From IMG/VR virus record IMGVR_UViG_2634166512_000005: 62,539 nucleotides of DNA; one strand, 5' to 3'. Within the stretch, counting starts at the first letter, position 1. Each line of letters opens with the position of its first letter. Of this stretch, positions 1 to 12,328 are shown piece by piece. The notes under the pieces are model-generated. The model saw nothing but the letters and a program-made list of their open reading frames with translations, made no database searches and was not told the DNA's origin. Position numbers and translations under genes: made by a program. The stretch comes from a virus. Taxonomy: Duplodnaviria > Heunggongvirae > Uroviricota > Caudoviricetes.

Positions 1-678
1 TTATTCCTGTGCCCAGCCAACCCTGTATGCCAGGATCTCATCCGCACTGCTCAGCGATTCCAGGTCCTTCTTCATGGTGCGCTGGCGAATGTGGATTTCC
101 ATCCCTTTAGTGAACATCGCCTGCTCTGCCGCTTCACTCAGCGCAATAAGCTCTTCTGCTGTCACCGGCACATCATTGTTTTCCGCATCCGTCCAGAAAA
201 ACGCCTCCGGCAGTTTCCCCGCTTTCGCTGCCGCCACCGATGGCTCAAGACGCGTCTGCGTTGACTTCCCGTAGTCCCATTTCCGGCCATTGTGCTCAAA
301 CGTGTAGTTCGCCGCCTCCATCGCATTACGCCAGGTGTTTATTTCATCGCCCTTCATCCCGCGGGCTTTCTCCGCGGTCAGCAGGTCCGTGATTTTCTCC
401 CCGTCAAAGCCCCAGCGCCCCGAGATATCAGCTTTGCGGTTTTCTTCCGTATCCGCCACCTCCGCAACACTCTGATTCGCTGGCCACAGCGCCTGTACAT
501 CCCTGCTGATATCAGTGATAACCCCTGCTCTGTTATAAACCACTTTCAGCGTATCCGGCGAAAACAAGGGCTGACACTCATACCAGTCCTGACCATCCTC
601 TGATTTCAGGTACATCGCCCCCGGAACATCCGGATTTTCCGGCGTATACCAGATGAAGTTTTTTATATTTACCATCAT
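1..678 (-). CDS. tfa: tail fiber assembly protein
   Basis: ORF 1..738; EDGQDWYE...PDTLKVVY...ADISGRWGFDG pattern as in P2 gpG/TfaE-type chaperones; start placed at ATG 678. Confidence 0.7.
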   Translation of the reverse strand: MMVNIKNFIWYTPENPDVPGAMYLKSEDGQDWYECQPLFSPDTLKVVYNRAGVITDISRDVQALWPANQSVAEVADTEENRKADISGRWGFDGEKITDLLTAEKARGMKGDEINTWRNAMEAANYTFEHNGRKWDYGKSTQTRLEPSVAAAKAGKLPEAFFWTDAENNDVPVTAEELIALSEAAEQAMFTKGMEIHIRQRTMKKDLESLSSADEILAYRVGWAQE

Positions 679-686
679 TACCCCGC

Positions 687-899
687 TTATCGTTGCCCCG
701 CTTCTCTCCAGATCGGCATATTCTCCGGCCCCACACACCTCTCCATTCCTGCCGGGGCTGCACTGGCAGAAAAGACCTTATACACGGCACTCTCCACAAC
801 AACACTGTCTTCCGGCCAGCTTCCGGCAGCCTCATAAACCGAACGAAGCGAGGCCGGATAAAACGCATTATTTGATGGCGAAAAAAAATACTTTTCCAT
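687..899 (-). CDS. small hypothetical protein between stf and tfa (possible tfa N-terminal remnant)
   Basis: 70-aa ORF starting 10 nt after stf stop with RBS AGGAGGGAGA; no recognisable family. Confidence 0.3.
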   Translation of the reverse strand: MEKYFFSPSNNAFYPASLRSVYEAAGSWPEDSVVVESAVYKVFSASAAPAGMERCVGPENMPIWREAGQR

Positions 900-908
900 T
901 CTCCCTCC

Positions 909-2621
909 TCAGTAGCCAATAGCCTCCCAGTAAAACAGCCCGTATGTGTCCTTACTGACCGTCAGTATTACCGACTTCAGCAACGGTTCTGAAAGGGCAT
1001 ACCCCGTGAAATTTCCCGGTGAACCTACCGGTGATACAATGACATTCAGCGCCGCTGACGGAAAAGCTATCGGGAAATAGATGGTATGTGTGTCTCCTTC
1101 ACTGGTTGGCCGGACAACTTGTTTCTGCCCCCATTGCCGTATTCTTCCTGTTGCCTCATCCCGCTCCCATCCGTTCACATCCAGTTTCGCTGTTGAGGGG
1201 CGTCTGATGGAAGTGTAGTTAAACCGCCACTCATAGCTCTTTATACTGCCGCTGACCACGCAGGTGCAGTCCGTGCCATAAAACATATCCCAGGGCCGGT
1301 CATCACCTGCGCTGATCCGGACTATCGCATTCTCCCATGACCCCATCACTTCAATGGCGCATCCTCTCAGGGTGATTTTTTTCTTACCCAAATCAGTATC
1401 CACATCCGTGATCACACGGTTACTGTTGAGTAACCGCGTCGTGGTCATTACCCAGTAAGGGCCCTCAAAAGCACCCTGTGATTTCAGCCAGTTGATGAAC
1501 TCTTCTGTCGTCCACTCCCCTTCACCTGTTTTGAGATCACGCCCGTAAGCTCTTGCCACCCCAAGCTTACGAATAAACGCCTCCTTGTCGGCAATATCAT
1601 CCAGGCTGGCAGACTTCCCTGCCGGACCCGCTGGCCCCTGCGCCCCTCTCTCGCCTTTATCGCCCTTTGGCCCCGTCGCCCCCTGCGGCCCCACGGGCCC
1701 CGTTGCACCTCGCTCACCTTGCGGCCCCCGCTCACCGGCAGGGCCTGCCGGGCCGGGGTCACCTTTATCCCCTTTTACCCCCTGCGGTCCTCTGGGGCCG
1801 GTAGCGCCCTGTGGACCTCGTTCTCCGGGCTCGCCTTTTTTCCCCTCAGGACCGGCCCCCCCCGTCGGCCCCTGAGGCCCCGGCATCCCCTGCTCGCCCT
1901 TATCTCCACGGGGCCCCGCTTCTCCACGCGGCCCTGCGGGTCCCTGTGGACCAGCAGGCCCCCGGGGTCCTGCCGGGCCTCCCGGGTCTCCTTTATCACC
2001 TTTCGGTCCGACAGGCCCCTGCTCACCCCGTTCCCCCCGTGGCCCCTGCCCGCCGGTTTCACCACGCGGCCCGGCAACACCGGCCTCGCCCTTTGCGCCC
2101 TGAAGCCCCTGCGGCCCCCTCTCACCACGCTCACCCTTTGGCCCCCGCTCGCCGGTATCGCCTTTTGGCCCGGGAATACCCTGTGGCCCCGTGTCTCCCT
2201 TATCCCCCTTCGGTCCCCGCGCATTCTCTGCCCGTTTCTTCGCTTCCTCTGCACTCGCCGCTGACGCTTCCGCACGTTTCAGGATTTCCGCGGCCACCGC
2301 TTCCAGCTCTGCAAGGGCTTTCGGGTAATACTGTGCGTCCTCCAGGTCCATCAGAAATTTATTCAGCGTTCCCGGTGCAGACTCCGCCTTCACCAGAATG
2401 TCACCCACATATGACGGCGCGTACCCTTCCGTGTTCAGCGTCACCCGGTACAACCCCGGCTCAACATCCATACTGTAACTGCCGGTTTCCCCCGGCTGAC
2501 CATACGCCACCGTGGTGACAATCACCGTCTCCGTTGTGCGGCGCGCTTTCAGCTCTATCGTGCATCCCGGTACCGGCTTACCGGCCCCGTCCTTCAGCAC
2601 ACCCGATATTCTGACTGCCAT
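909..2621 (-). CDS. stf: side tail fiber protein with collagen-like Gly-X-Y repeat region
   Basis: 570-aa ORF; long uninterrupted G-X-Y run ([16 protein letters not shown]...); RBS GGAGG. Confidence 0.8.
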   Translation of the reverse strand: MAVRISGVLKDGAGKPVPGCTIELKARRTTETVIVTTVAYGQPGETGSYSMDVEPGLYRVTLNTEGYAPSYVGDILVKAESAPGTLNKFLMDLEDAQYYPKALAELEAVAAEILKRAEASAASAEEAKKRAENARGPKGDKGDTGPQGIPGPKGDTGERGPKGERGERGPQGLQGAKGEAGVAGPRGETGGQGPRGERGEQGPVGPKGDKGDPGGPAGPRGPAGPQGPAGPRGEAGPRGDKGEQGMPGPQGPTGGAGPEGKKGEPGERGPQGATGPRGPQGVKGDKGDPGPAGPAGERGPQGERGATGPVGPQGATGPKGDKGERGAQGPAGPAGKSASLDDIADKEAFIRKLGVARAYGRDLKTGEGEWTTEEFINWLKSQGAFEGPYWVMTTTRLLNSNRVITDVDTDLGKKKITLRGCAIEVMGSWENAIVRISAGDDRPWDMFYGTDCTCVVSGSIKSYEWRFNYTSIRRPSTAKLDVNGWERDEATGRIRQWGQKQVVRPTSEGDTHTIYFPIAFPSAALNVIVSPVGSPGNFTGYALSEPLLKSVILTVSKDTYGLFYWEAIGY

Positions 2622-2633
2622 GGATTTCCTCCA

Positions 2634-2668
2634 TAAAAAAACCGCAGGACCGATTTCCCGGCCTGCGG
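2634..2668 (-). terminator. Rho-independent terminator just upstream of stf RBS
   Basis: minus-strand hairpin CCGCAGGCCGGGAAATCGGTCCTGCGG followed by T7. Confidence 0.55.
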
Positions 2669-2765
2669 TAAAATTTGTGATTTATTGATGTTAAAAAGGT
2701 GCCATCCGGCTGATCACCCTCAGCAACCGGTCGGCGGGGAAGGTACACTCCCCCGCCACGGTTTC

Positions 2766-2906
2766 TTACCGCTTACACTGTAAGAACGCCGCAATCTCCG
2801 CGCCCGCTATCCGGAACCGGAACTCGCACAGTGAACTGTGGGTGATCCAGATAATGAGCACTACCGTGATACAAATCACGGTGGTTTTTAACGGTTTTTG
2901 CGACAT
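2766..2906 (-). CDS. Hok/Gef-family type I toxin-like small membrane protein
   Basis: 46-aa ORF MSQKPLKTTVICITVVLIIWITHSSLCEFRFRIAGAEIAAFLQCKR (below the 60-aa ORF track cutoff); hydrophobic helix then SLCE-F-R...EIAAF signature of Hok family; overlapped out of frame by ORF 2773..3051 as mok overlaps hok. Confidence 0.5.
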   Translation of the reverse strand: MSQKPLKTTVICITVVLIIWITHSSLCEFRFRIAGAEIAAFLQCKR

Positions 2907-3104
2907 AACGCTTGCTCCTTTTACGGAGAGGCGCTAACCTTCTTCTTGCTGAAGGAAGAACGTCAGGCCTCGGGTTAAACATGAATGTTTTGTCCGGGGC
3001 CTTTTCACATCCGGCCTTCAGGTGTTCCCTCCGGCCATCAGCCAAAGGCACCCGCGCATACTGTACGGTTTTTGTCTCCTTCCGGCAATCCCGGGGCGCG
3101 ATGT

Positions 3105-6100
3105 TCAGCGGATACTGATCCCCGCGCTGTTTTTCTTCACCACTATCGCCTGAAGGTTACTGATTCGTGAACTGCCCCAACTGTTATTCTGACGCCGTGA
3201 GCTCACGGTAAAACTCAGGGTGATATGACCACCGCCAGCTGGCATATCGATGATCCCGCTGAAAACTCCCGGCTCTTCCACTGACCTGCCTGAATAAATC
3301 CGGCGTCCGTTCTGATCAACATGCAGGAAGCACTCTGTCCAGATGTCATTACTGGTGCGGGATTCCTGTTTTGACCCGACATAGATTATCGGCGGGATTA
3401 TAATCTGCCGGTCAAAGCTGTGATCGTCATACACCGTCAGCGTCCGTGTACCGTTCGCAAGGTAACTACCATCCACCGGAAAAGCCACCCCTGCACATTT
3501 CACCAGATCACCAATAATGTTCTCCGCTTTCAGCGTGCCATTTATCGTACAGTTCTCCGCTATCACGACATTATTGAGCGTGCCCGAGTTCGCACTGATA
3601 TGTCCGCTGATGTCAGCATTGCGGGCCGTCAGCCTGCCCTCCGGCGTCAGGGAGAACGTCGGGGGATTGCCGGACGAGGTGATACTCACTGCAAACAGTC
3701 GCTTCAGGAACACGTCGTTCATGAACAGCTGATTCCCCTGTGCCACAAACAGCGGCGTGGTGTTGCCGTTCTCCGGGGTAATCATTGCGATACGGTCCGC
3801 CTGCAGCAGAATATTGCTCAGCGTCTGGCCATCAGCATCCTCAATCCCCGCACCAATACCGGCAACATACGGAATGCCGTTTTTCGTTTTCTGCACCTTC
3901 AGCATGTACAGCGCTGCCAGCTCATCATTCGTGTCTGACTGGACCTGCTGTATCTGCTGTATGGTCGCGCTCTGGTCTTCCAGCTTTTTATCCGTGGTCG
4001 AGGTGATTTCACTCCCTTTGTCATCCACGTACTGGCGGACCTGCGCTATCTGCCTGGCGTTTTCCTCCGTGCTCTGGCTGACTGTCTGTGTGATTTCACT
4101 GCTCACCCGGTCCACCTGCTGACTCACCTGCGCGATGGCCAGCGTCTGGTCCTCATTCTTTTTCGCAACCAGCTGCGTGAGGCTGTTTTCCGCCTCCCCG
4201 ATTTTTCGGGTCACTTCCGCAACATCCGTCTCCAGCCGCTGGCGGATGTCTTCTTCCAGTTGCGTGACCTCAGTACGCAGGGCTGACGCATCAATACGCT
4301 CTTTCAGTGCCTTCCCCAGCAGCGCCTCATCTATCAGCCCACGGAAAATTTCCAGATACCCTTCACCATCATTGCTGGCCTGCCCGCTGGCCTCCACAAA
4401 CGCAGATTTCCCCACCAGGTTGACGCTGCGCACATAAAACCAGAAAATCCTTCCCCGGCTTAATGTGCGGACCGGAGACGCTCCACTGGCTGCCGGTACC
4501 CAGATAACGGGCAGAGGTTTCCACCTGTGCCGTGTCCGTGATGCGTTTTTCTGAGAACCAGAATTCATGCTGTACCGTCGGGTCATACACCGTAAGATGC
4601 GGGACCACCGTTATCTGATAATACCCCGGCGTCAGTTCAATGCTGGCCGGTGCTGCCGGTGCGTTAATCCGGAACGTGGTGGTGGCAGGTTCGCCCTGCT
4701 GGCCGTAGCTGTTTATCGCCCTGACCGTCAGGGTGTATTCCCCCAGAGGCAGGCCACTGAAACGGTGCTCCGTGTCGGCAGTGATGGCGCTGGTCACCAG
4801 GCGGCTGTTTTCACCGTTTCCGCTGGTCAGGCGCAGACTGAAGCGCACGCCCTTCACCCACCCGCGGCGTGTCCCATTTCGCCAGCGCCAGATACTGGCC
4901 GTCTGAGGCACTCACCTCCACCGTGAGGTGCTGCACTGCCGGCGGGATGACGCTGTTCAGTGAACCGGACAGCGGCTCAAAGCGGGCCCCGTTATCCACG
5001 ATGGCTTCTTTTTCCGGTACGTGCTGCACTGCCGTGATGGCAAAGGTGCCGTCCGTGTTTTCCCGGATGGAAACACAGCGGAACAGGCGACGACGCAGTG
5101 ACGGCAGGGAGAGTCCCCACACACCGTATGTCGCCACGCCATCAGGCAGAATGCTGACCTGTATCCGGTCAGGGGCGGGGTGTGCAGTGATGTCCACGCG
5201 CACCGGCTTACCGCTGCCGTTAATCAGGTTCACCGTCGATGTCCCTGTTTCCGGCAGTGTCACCTCCACGGTCCAGCGTCAGTGTGCGGCTGGCGGCATC
5301 GATGGACAGGATACGTCCGCCGGTCAGGGTCCCGGCATAGTCGTTATCACAGATTTCAATGATGTCACCGGGCGTGTGCCGCAGCCCCTGTGACCCGAGC
5401 GTGAAATCCACCGTCTGCGTTTCCAGCAGTTCGGTCTTTATCACCCACAGTCCGGCACGGTGAGCCTGACCGCGGCTGGTACAGCCGAACGCATCCATCT
5501 TCAGCAGGTTGCGCCCCGTAGCGCAGGATGGCGTCCGGGTCTTCCACCAGTTCCGTGACGTCTGCCAGCCGTTCTGCGGGTCAGTGTAATTCACCTCCAC
5601 CGCCGTGTGCCGTCCTTCAGGGCACTGAAGCTGTAGCGGAACCCCACCGCCGTTATCATCCACCACCACATCGCTGTTCGTGTACGGCCACACCACATCC
5701 GACGGGCGGTCCTGAACGAACGTCAGCGTCTGGCCGTTCCATACCGGCATACAGCGCATCGCCGAGCAGAAATCCCCCCAGGACATCCCAGACCTTTACG
5801 CTGCTGTTGACAGGTACGCATTGAAAGTCATCCGCGGCTCTGTTCCCCCGAAACCATCCGGGACCGTCTGGTTCGCAGTACTGGCCCGATGGCATACAGC
5901 GCCCACTTGTCCACATCCGCCGCCCCCCAGGCGTTTTCCCATCCCGTAGCGCGGGTGGGTCAGCATGTCCCACCAGGCACCAGGCCGGTTATTGCTGTAT
6001 GCGGTTTCAGACTCCCGTCCCAGATACCGCTGTAGGTGCGTTTTTCCGGGTCATAGTTTGACGGCACCTGAATGATGCGGCCGCGGATATGGTAGTTCAC

Positions 6101-6803
6101 CACCATCTGCTGGCCACCGAACTGCTCCGCATCCACCTGCAGCCCCACAATGGCCGTGTTCGGGTAACACTGTTTCACATCGATGATTTCGGTGTATGAC
6201 GACCACAGCGTTCTGTTCTGCAGCTGGTCCGTGGTACTGTCCGCCGTCACCCTGACCATCCGGATGTTAAAGGGGCGCTCAGGGAGATTATTCAGAATCA
6301 CCGACGTCAGGTACTGCGAGGTGGTCTTGCCGTTAATGGTGACATCCTTCTCCGTCACCCAGTTACCGTTACGCTCAAGCTGAATCAGCAGCCGGACAGA
6401 AGAGGGATTACGGTCACCCTTTGAGGTGGTCTCCCACCAGTGACTGCACCCCGAAGGTGACCCGCAGACGGTCAATGTTCGCTGACGTGATGGTGCGCGT
6501 CACCGGCTTTGCCTTCGTCACCTCCACGCCCAGTGCGGTTTCTGCCCCGGAGGACTCAAAGCCTTCCGGCGGTGTCTGCTCCTGCTCCCCGGCACGCCAG
6601 ACGGCGGTCACACCGTGTATCACGGGATTACCGTCCGTGTCCGTCAGCGGGGTTTTGTTCCACCAGAATACTCTGCAGTCCCTTCACCGGGCCTTCCACC
6701 GGTCCCTCACCGATGGCATCAATCACGCTCATCATCTGCGTGGATTTGAGATTGTCCTTCGCCTCACGCGCGGTGTGTGCCCCTTGCCGCCCCCTTTACC
6801 CAC
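3105..6803 (-). pseudogene. J: host specificity / central tail fibre protein J, broken by several frameshifts
   Basis: ORF fragments 3105..4586, 4369..4911, 4811..5269, 5220..5786, 5656..5973, 5960..6475, 6414..6623 are co-linear with the intact copy 17503..21189. Confidence 0.75.
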
Positions 6804-6872
6804 TCTGTCCCCCTCTCCTGTCTGATGTCTGGATCTGTTTAATGCCCAAAACAACAGCACCCCCCGGAGGGT

Positions 6873-7012
6873 GGCCTGTGTCATGACGGAATAAAATTTC
6901 TGAAATTCTCACATTTTTGCAAATACTGGTGGCGCTTATAATTATCCTGCGTTACCATTTTTTTCCGTGACATAATAATTCCTTACAGTTAATCTTCGTA
7001 TCTCTTCTTGGA
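6873..7012 (+). promoter_or_regulatory. remnant of I-J spacer cassette (promoter TTGCAA..TATAAT) cut at the deletion junction
   Basis: matches 21263-21398; the terminator hairpin is replaced by cro-like sequence from 7013. Confidence 0.4.
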
Positions 7013-7100
7013 GGTGATACACCTAAAAGCTTAGCCATTGCTGATTGCCACCGACAACAGCACAAGCTCGTTTGAATGAATAGTTCTCTCTTTGTTTCAT
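7013..7100 (-). pseudogene. 5' remnant of ydaS/cro-like gene (about 29 codons)
   Basis: matches 55985-56074; carries an in-frame 3-nt difference from copy 2 (MKQRENYSF vs MKKENYSF). Confidence 0.45.
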
Positions 7101-7228
7101 CGAATGAACTCCCAAAAAACACACAATAAATATTAGGCTGCGCCTAACATTATTGTCAATAGGCTGTGCCTAACACACTAAAGGTAGGGATTGGCCTAAT
7201 GCGATGCGCATAGGAGGCTATTAAAGCA
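7101..7228. promoter_or_regulatory. OR-like operator/promoter region
   Basis: three TTAGGC-N3-GCCTAA-type inverted repeats (TTAGGCTGCGCCTAA, TAGGCTGTGCCTAA, TTGGCCTAAT) between divergent cro-like and repressor genes. Confidence 0.45.
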
Positions 7229-7704
7229 ATGCTTAGTGGTAAAGACTTAGGCGAGCGATAGAGCAGGCCATTAAACAAAAAAATTGCATCAGGAGCCGTC
7301 AAATCAAAGGCGAGATCGCACGCCATTTCAACGTCCAACCACCATCAATTCATGACTGGATGAAGAAAGGTTCAATAAGTAAAAACAAACTTCCAGAACT
7401 ATGGGCTTTCTTTTCTGATGTAGTTGGTCCAGAGCATTGGGGCCTTAACAAATACCCCATAACCACCCCTTCCAGTTCAGATACAAACGGTGCACTTTCA
7501 AACATAAACAGCCTTTATCAAGCCGCCTCTGATGAAAAAAGAGCAATTGTAGCTTTCCTCTTATCTTGGAATGCTACGGAACCTGGTTGGGTTGATCATG
7601 ACGTTCGCGCCTACATTGCTGCTATGGAAATGAAGGTAGGTAACTACTTGAAAAATCAAGAATCAGAACGAAAAAGCCAGAACATCACCAAGACAGGAAC
7701 TTAG
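7229..7704 (+). pseudogene. RacR-like prophage repressor, frameshifted near the 5' end
   Basis: three 1-nt indels relative to 56199..56675; ORF 7360..7704 keeps the C-terminal 114 aa. Confidence 0.5.
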
Positions 7705-8016
7705 ACTTATATGGTCCGACGGGAAACGCCTAGATCCCGTTAGTTAACTCCTATTACCTCTCCCACATACCATTGTCTATTAGGTTGCACGCAAAACATT
7801 AGGCATAGCCTATTGACAACAGATTAGGCATTACCTATAGTTCCCCATGCCACCCCGCCCCACAGAACGCCAGGCAATACTTCGAGTTACCCGGCAGTGG
7901 TCAGGGGTTAAGTAGCCAGCCCGAGGCGTATGAACATGACGGCGGGAACACTTTTGTATAACAGCGCAGCAGGTTTTTAGTTCCGCGCCCCGGCGTTAAG
8001 GGGGAATGAGGTCAAC

Positions 8017-8169
8017 ATGGATACGCTCAATCTTGGCAACAACGAATCTCTGGTATGCGGCGTGTTTCCCAACCAGGACGGCACGTTTACCGCGATGACG
8101 TATACCAGAAGCAAAACGTTTAAAACTGAAGCTGGCGCGCGTCGCTGGTTAGCCAGAAACACTGACTGA
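8017..8169 (+). CDS. YdaF-like small protein
   Basis: 50-aa ORF MDTLNLGNNESLVCGVFPNQDGTFTAMTYTRSK..., RBS GAGG; resemblance to Rac YdaF is recalled, not searched. Confidence 0.45.
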   Translation: MDTLNLGNNESLVCGVFPNQDGTFTAMTYTRSKTFKTEAGARRWLARNTD

Positions 8170-8180
8170 TGAGGTTGACG

Positions 8181-8540
8181 ATGGAATTTAAAGATTTACC
8201 AGTACCATTCCAGGAAATGGCAGCGAATATAGTTCGTTCTCAACTGGCGACTCTTGACCTGAGTACCGTAGAAAAAGAAACCATCGATAATATATCCGGT
8301 AACGTGCGTCGAACCTTTATCGGGCTGTACGAAGAAAAGTGGCCATTCGGCGGACAAAATTCGCTTGAAAACAAGAATCAAGCGAATGATGAGAAGCTGA
8401 AACACGTTATCGCCTTACTACTGGAAGATGCAAAACGTCTACAGCAACTGGAACCAAATGCAGGCACCGAAGCCCGCATCTGGATTGCCATAAAATCACT
8501 CAAATGTGAAAGCGATGATTATTTAATAAACCATAATTAA
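8181..8540 (+). CDS. hypothetical early protein
   Basis: 119 aa from MEFKDLPVPFQ; coupled to the upstream ORF stop. Confidence 0.5.
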   Translation: MEFKDLPVPFQEMAANIVRSQLATLDLSTVEKETIDNISGNVRRTFIGLYEEKWPFGGQNSLENKNQANDEKLKHVIALLLEDAKRLQQLEPNAGTEARIWIAIKSLKCESDDYLINHN

Positions 8541-9176
8541 AACAACTCAGCTTTCTGAAGAGCTACCGAAGAAATTGCCATAATAATATGTTTTCTTATA
8601 GAGGGGTTAGAAATATGGGCCAGCATTATAGCAGCCCCATATAACAGAAAGTATTTTAAATATTACGCCGTATCTTGTGATTGTTTTTTAATATATTCAT
8701 ACAAGCGCACAAGTTGTTTCAACTCTTCAAAGCACATCGCGGAATTTTCAATTTTTCCGGCGTTGATTAGTGCCAGAAGAGCCTGATGTGCGCAAGCATA
8801 TGGATCATTACAGGGCTAATAATATCAACTTGCATATTATCCTCTATAGAGGTTCCGGGTTAATGATGGAGACCAACACGCTGTCACGTGTGGTCGTGTG
8901 CGGACACGGATAAGAATCCGGCACTGACAGTTTGCTGAAAGGATATTTCCCTGAAAAGTCAGGGCATAACACGAAAGCGCACGGCGAAGTTAGTCTCTCT
9001 GTACAGGTCGTCGTTAAATGTAATTCGATCATGCGCTTCCGGTTGTGGCAATCCGCGAAATGGCGCGGCGGTAAGTATGGCTGGGGTTTCCTCCATTGCT
9101 CCAGAAAATGCACCGGGTTGTCAGGTTGACCATACGCCTGAGTGACAACACCGCCACAACAACCTCTGTTATCACT

Positions 9177-9215
9177 TTTCTGGTGATTCGGCGGAAATGG
9201 ATATCCGCCATTTTT
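9177..9215 (+). ncRNA. dicF: DicF-like small RNA (short form)
   Basis: UUUCUGGUGA 5' segment then GGCGG...CCGCC hairpin and U5; sits upstream of dicB as in the Qin dicBF operon. Confidence 0.5.
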
Positions 9216-9392
9216 AAAGTGTATTTTGTGATGCGGTGAATGCGGCTAAGCGCACGCGGAACAGTTAAAACAAGCGGTCTTTTACTGGCGTAACAGACAT
9301 CAACTAACAATCCGGCGTTAATTGTTAACTGGTTAACGTCACCTGGAGGCACCAGGCACCACATCACAAAATTCATTGTTGAGGACGCGATA

Positions 9393-9581
9393 ATGGAAAC
9401 GTCACTACCAAACGTTAATACGTCTGAAGGGTGTTTTAATATTGGTATTCTGCTCAGTAACCGGGAGTTTACTGAGGACGCCATCAGGATGAGAAAATAT
9501 GAGCCTTATCTTCTCAATGATAATTCCATACTCTCCAGAATTGCCCTTCTTGAACTTGGCATTTTCGGAGGGCAGCAGTGA
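9393..9581 (+). CDS. dicB: cell division inhibitor DicB
   Basis: 62 aa, METSLPNVNTSEGCFNIGILLSN... Confidence 0.75.
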   Translation: METSLPNVNTSEGCFNIGILLSNREFTEDAIRMRKYEPYLLNDNSILSRIALLELGIFGGQQ

Positions 9582-9868
9582 GTTCAGCGTTTGCACTGAT
9601 GATGACGGTTTTTCTTATAACAGGTGAGCCACAGAATGTGATTACCGGAATTTATGCCAGTAAAGAATCCTGCCATCAGGCAAGAGACGAGCAAAAAATT
9701 TCCGGTGAATGTCTCCCGTTAAACAAAGTATCGCTGTACCTGAATACGAAATACCGGCTGGATAACCCGCCAGCCATATTAACGCCATACCCGTTGATTA
9801 AGTATGCCAGCAATGGCAGGGATTCGTACAACCTTAAAATAGTTATGAGGTTTATCAATGAGCACTGA
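9578..9868 (+). CDS. ydfD: YdfD-like lysis protein, 3' end read-through after a 1-nt deletion
   Basis: [19 protein letters not shown]...; copy 2 terminates at ...NNEIPAG. Confidence 0.5.
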   Translation: MSSAFALMMTVFLITGEPQNVITGIYASKESCHQARDEQKISGECLPLNKVSLYLNTKYRLDNPPAILTPYPLIKYASNGRDSYNLKIVMRFINEH

Positions 9869-12262
9869 TAAAGAAGAAATTGCACTGTATTACGAAGCCA
9901 AAAATGACAAAGTCAGAAAACGCCTTGGGATTAAAGGCGGTTTTTACTGGCGCACAGCAAAAAAATTATCGGTTGCAATATCACGGGGTGTTGTCGCAAT
10001 GGACGATGCTGGATTTGACGAAGAGGATTTCAAAAAACCTGTTCGCGTGAATTTGCCCATTGTTAATGACCTGCCGCCTGAAGGTGTGTTTGATACCGAA
10101 TTCTGCAACCGCTATGAAAAAGGTGGAGAAGATGGCATCACAATGATATTTATAGCGCCTTCCCCCTCAGTTCAGGACAAACCAGCCAGCACTGACAATA
10201 CCAACGTCAATGGCGAAGACATGGCTGAGATTGAGGATAATATGCTCCTGCCGATTTCCGGTCAGGAACTGCCCATTCGCTGGCTTGCGCAACATGGCAG
10301 CGAAAAACCGGTAACGCACGTTTCACGGGAAGAACTTCAGGCATTACATATCGCACGAGCTGAAGAACTGCCTGCTGTTACTGCCCTGGCTATTTCCCAC
10401 AACACAAAGCTGCTCGACCCGCTGGAGATTCGCGACCTTCAAAAACTGGTACGCGACACAGACAAAGTTTTCCCTAATCCCGTTAATTCCAGTCTGGGGT
10501 TAATGACTGCTTTTTTCGGAAGGCATACCTGGACGCTGACTATACCGATCGAGGTCTGCTGACAAAAGAGTGGATGAAAGGAAATCGTGTTTACGCATCA
10601 GCCGCACGCGCATCCGGCGCTAATGCTGGCGGAGGAATTCTTACCGATCGCGGTGAAGGTTTTGTCCACGATGATGCGTCAGTGGAACGTGACGTTGCCG
10701 CTGGCGTTCTGGCCCGTTCAATGGACATCGATATTTACAATCCACATCCGGCACACGCCAAACGCATTGAAGAAATCGTTTCAGAGAATAAGCCGCCCTT
10801 TTCTGTTTTTCGTGACAAATTCATCGCCATGCCTGGTCACCTGGATTATTCCCGCGCGATAGTGGTTGCATCCGTGAAAGAAGCACCAATTGGTATCGAG
10901 GCTACTCCCCACCGTGTTACCGAATATCTGAACAAAGTACTGACCGAAACCGACCATGCCAACCCTGATCCAGAAATCGTGGATATTGCCTGCGGTCGCT
11001 CCTCTGCTCCAATGCCGCAGCGTGTAACAAAAGAAGGAAAACAGGATGATGAAGAAAAACCGCAGCCAACTGGCGCAATGGCAGATGAACAGGCAACGAC
11101 TGAAGCAGTGGAACCGGATACAACTGAACATAATCAGGACACGCAGTCGATGGATGCTCAGCCACAGATAAATTCTGTTGATGCGAAATATCAGAAACTG
11201 CGTGCAGAACTCCATGAAGCCAGGAAAAACATTCCCCCCAAAAATCCTGTCGATGCAGATAAATTACTGGCTGCTTCTCACGGAGAATTTGTTGAAGGGA
11301 TTAGCGATCCGAATGATCCGAAATGGGTGAAGGGGATTGAAACCCGCGATTCTGTGAACCAGAACCAGCACGAATCGGAACAAAACGAGCCGGAAACGAA
11401 ACAGCCTGAACCAGAAGAGCAACAAGAACCGGAAAAAGTCTGCACCGCCTGCGGTCAGATCGGCGACGGCAACTGTCCTGACTGTGGCGCGGTAATGGGC
11501 GACGCAACATACCAGGAAACATTCAACGAAGAAAGCCAGGATGAAGCCCGGGAGAAAAGATCCAGAGGAAATGGAAAGTGCCGTATACCCGAACAAGGAG
11601 TGCTCCGAAGGCGATCAACATGCCAATGGCAATAATGAAACAGGCGAGACAGCAAATCCCTTAATTAAGGTGAACGGTCATCGCGAAAGCACATCCACCA
11701 GCAGGTTGTGGCACCATCTGATGATTGACCTTGAAACAATGGGCAAAAATCCTGATGCGCCAATAAACGCTCTGGCCGGTAAGTTTTTTGATCCGGCAAC
11801 CGGAGAGATGGGGCCAGAATTCAGCAAAACTATCGATCTGGAAACCGCGGGCGGAGTCATCGATCGGGACACCATTAAGTGGTGGCTGAAACAGTCACGG
11901 GAAGCACAATCAGCCATTCTGACCGATGAAATCCCGTTGGATGACGCACTGTTGCAATTACGGGAATTTATCGACGAAAACTCCGGTGAATTTTTTGTTC
12001 AGGTCTGGGAAATGGAGCCAACTTCGACAACGTGATTTTACGCCGTTCATATGAACGGCAGGAGATCCCCTGCCCGTGGCGTTACACCAATGATCGTGAT
12101 GTAAGAACGATTGTTGCCCTGGGGCTGGTGATGGATTTCGATGCTCGAAGTGTCATCACATTTGAGGGTGAACGCCATAATGCCCTGCACGATGCGCGTT
12201 ACCAGGCAAAATACGTTTCAGCTATCTGGCAAAAACTGTTCCCGAATCAGGCTGATTTTTAA
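9858..12262 (+). pseudogene. large exonuclease-like early protein (DEDDh C-terminal domain), split into four ORFs
   Basis: ORFs 9858..10562, 10574..11635, 11541..12035, 12032..12262 are co-linear with intact 58831..61233. Confidence 0.65.
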
Positions 12263-12328
12263 TGTTCAACCCATATCGCCGCCCACCAGCTATAGTGGCG
12301 GCGGTCATGCTGTAAGGCACGTGACCAC

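Noticed and set aside
1600-2250. Periodic repeats resembling a repeat array
   Set aside because: They are 9-bp coding periodicity of Gly-X-Y triplets, not CRISPR repeats with spacers; no cas genes. The 165-bp repeats at 30428-30923 are likewise coding.
1585-2264. Plus-strand ORFs (96, 181, 235 aa) rich in Pro/Ala/Arg opposite stf
   Set aside because: They mirror the GC-rich collagen-like G-X-Y repeat of stf on the other strand.
2773-3051. 92-aa ORF overlapping the Hok-like ORF
   Set aside because: Not taken as an independent protein; treated as a mok-like overlapping frame.
2622-3104. lom-like outer membrane protein gene expected between J and stf
   Set aside because: No beta-barrel ORF present; the region holds only the Hok-like locus and terminators.
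6850-7100. Possible IS element at the deletion junction of copy 1
   Set aside because: No transposase ORF or terminal inverted repeats; the junction is a simple join of the I-J spacer to the cro-like gene.
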